Assembly: GCA_963714105.1 (NCBI GenBank)
Contig: OY970233.1
Location: 755,933-819,932 of the forward strand
Direction of reading: 5' to 3'
DNA: 64,000 nt
Source: an uncultured Actinomycetes bacterium
GTDB taxonomy: Bacteria; Actinomycetota; Acidimicrobiia; IMCC26256; PALSA-555
In this document: piece by piece, positions 63,769 to 64,000 of the stretch
Numbering within the stretch: position 1 is the stretch's first letter
How the letters are laid out: the number at the start of each line of letters is the position of its first letter
The notes under the pieces: generated by a model
What the model was told of the DNA's origin: nothing
What the model saw: only the letters and a program-made list of their open reading frames with translations
Database searches by the model: none
Translations under genes and position numbers: made by a program

Positions 63769-64000
63769 CTAGGCCTTCTCGTACCGGTACCCGACGCCGC
63801 GGACGGTCACGATCCGGGTCGGGTTGGCCGGGTCGAGCTCGAGCTTCGCTCGGAGCCGCTTGATGTGCACGTCGAGGGTCTTGGTGTCCCCGTAGTAGTT
63901 GGGGCCCCAGATCCGGTCGATGAGCACGTCGCGGGTGAGGACCCGCCCGGCGTTGAGGAGCAGCAGCTCGAGCAGCTCGAACTCCTTGAGCGGCAGCGGG
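63769..64000 (-). CDS. OmpR/PhoB-family response regulator. Only the C-terminal winged-helix DNA-binding domain is in the window (5' end off the window).
   Basis: Hand translation of the minus strand gives PLPLKEFELLELLLLNAGRVLTRDVLIDRIWGPNYYGDTKTLDVHIKRLRAKLELDPANPTRIVTVRGVGYRYEKA*. It is not in the ORF track because no start codon lies in the window. Confidence 0.8.
   Translation of the reverse strand, partial: PLPLKEFELLELLLLNAGRVLTRDVLIDRIWGPNYYGDTKTLDVHIKRLRAKLELDPANPTRIVTVRGVGYRYEKA

Overview
This is a 64-kb window from a very GC-rich (about 70-72% GC) Actinomycetota-type chromosome. Supporting signs are frequent GTGA/ATGA start-stop overlaps, several leaderless-looking starts, a UPF0182 plus PDZ-Lon protease pair, and egt and suf loci. 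I can support about 60 protein-coding genes. I found no rRNA, tRNA, CRISPR array, transposase or phage block.

Main blocks, left to right:
1. A partial glycosyltransferase and a DUF1802 gene.
2. A minus-strand operon (3295-7395) that I consider the most unusual system here. It holds MauD-like thioredoxin, a 25-codon micro-ORF, two unknown proteins and a MauE-like membrane protein. It ends in a Tat/lipobox-exported protein with a 20-cysteine domain resembling methylamine-dehydrogenase light chain, a poly-Pro linker and a seven-bladed beta-propeller.
3. A pair of acyl-CoA dehydrogenases.
4. An envelope-glycan cluster: GT2, GT2, methyltransferase, DUF2142, MBL hydrolase, methyltransferase and two divergent GT4 genes.
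5. egtABCDE (ergothioneine), followed directly by sufC-sufS-sufU.
6. About 7 kb of accessory genes: L,D-transpeptidase, hydrolase, LLM oxidoreductase, SMP-30, and a lower-GC islet with a SARP regulator and a DUF3494 ice-binding-like protein.
7. An opposite-strand sufB(intein)-sufD-Rieske-sufC operon.
8. LLM oxidoreductase, UPF0182, a coiled-coil/repeat/MuF-motif protein, PDZ-Lon protease, HEAT protein, mreB and moaE.
9. A catalytically degenerate HtrA-like protein, a fused siroheme-decarboxylase-like gene, an SDR, a Zincin_2-like protein and a 3-hydroxyacyl-CoA dehydrogenase.
10. An eis-like acetyltransferase, an MFS transporter and ppk1, each needing frame corrections (3, 1 and 4 respectively), followed by intact CYTH/CHAD, NUDIX and SixA-like genes.
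11. An HD/HAD pair, surE and a partial OmpR-type response regulator.

At least 10 conserved genes need 1-nt frame corrections, 16 corrections in all. Some of these sit at homopolymers, so assembly error and true pseudogenisation cannot be told apart from the sequence alone.

Coordinates taken from the ORF track are exact. Coordinates of hairpins and repeats read by eye may be off by 1-2 nt. All family assignments come from motif recognition by eye, not from database searches.
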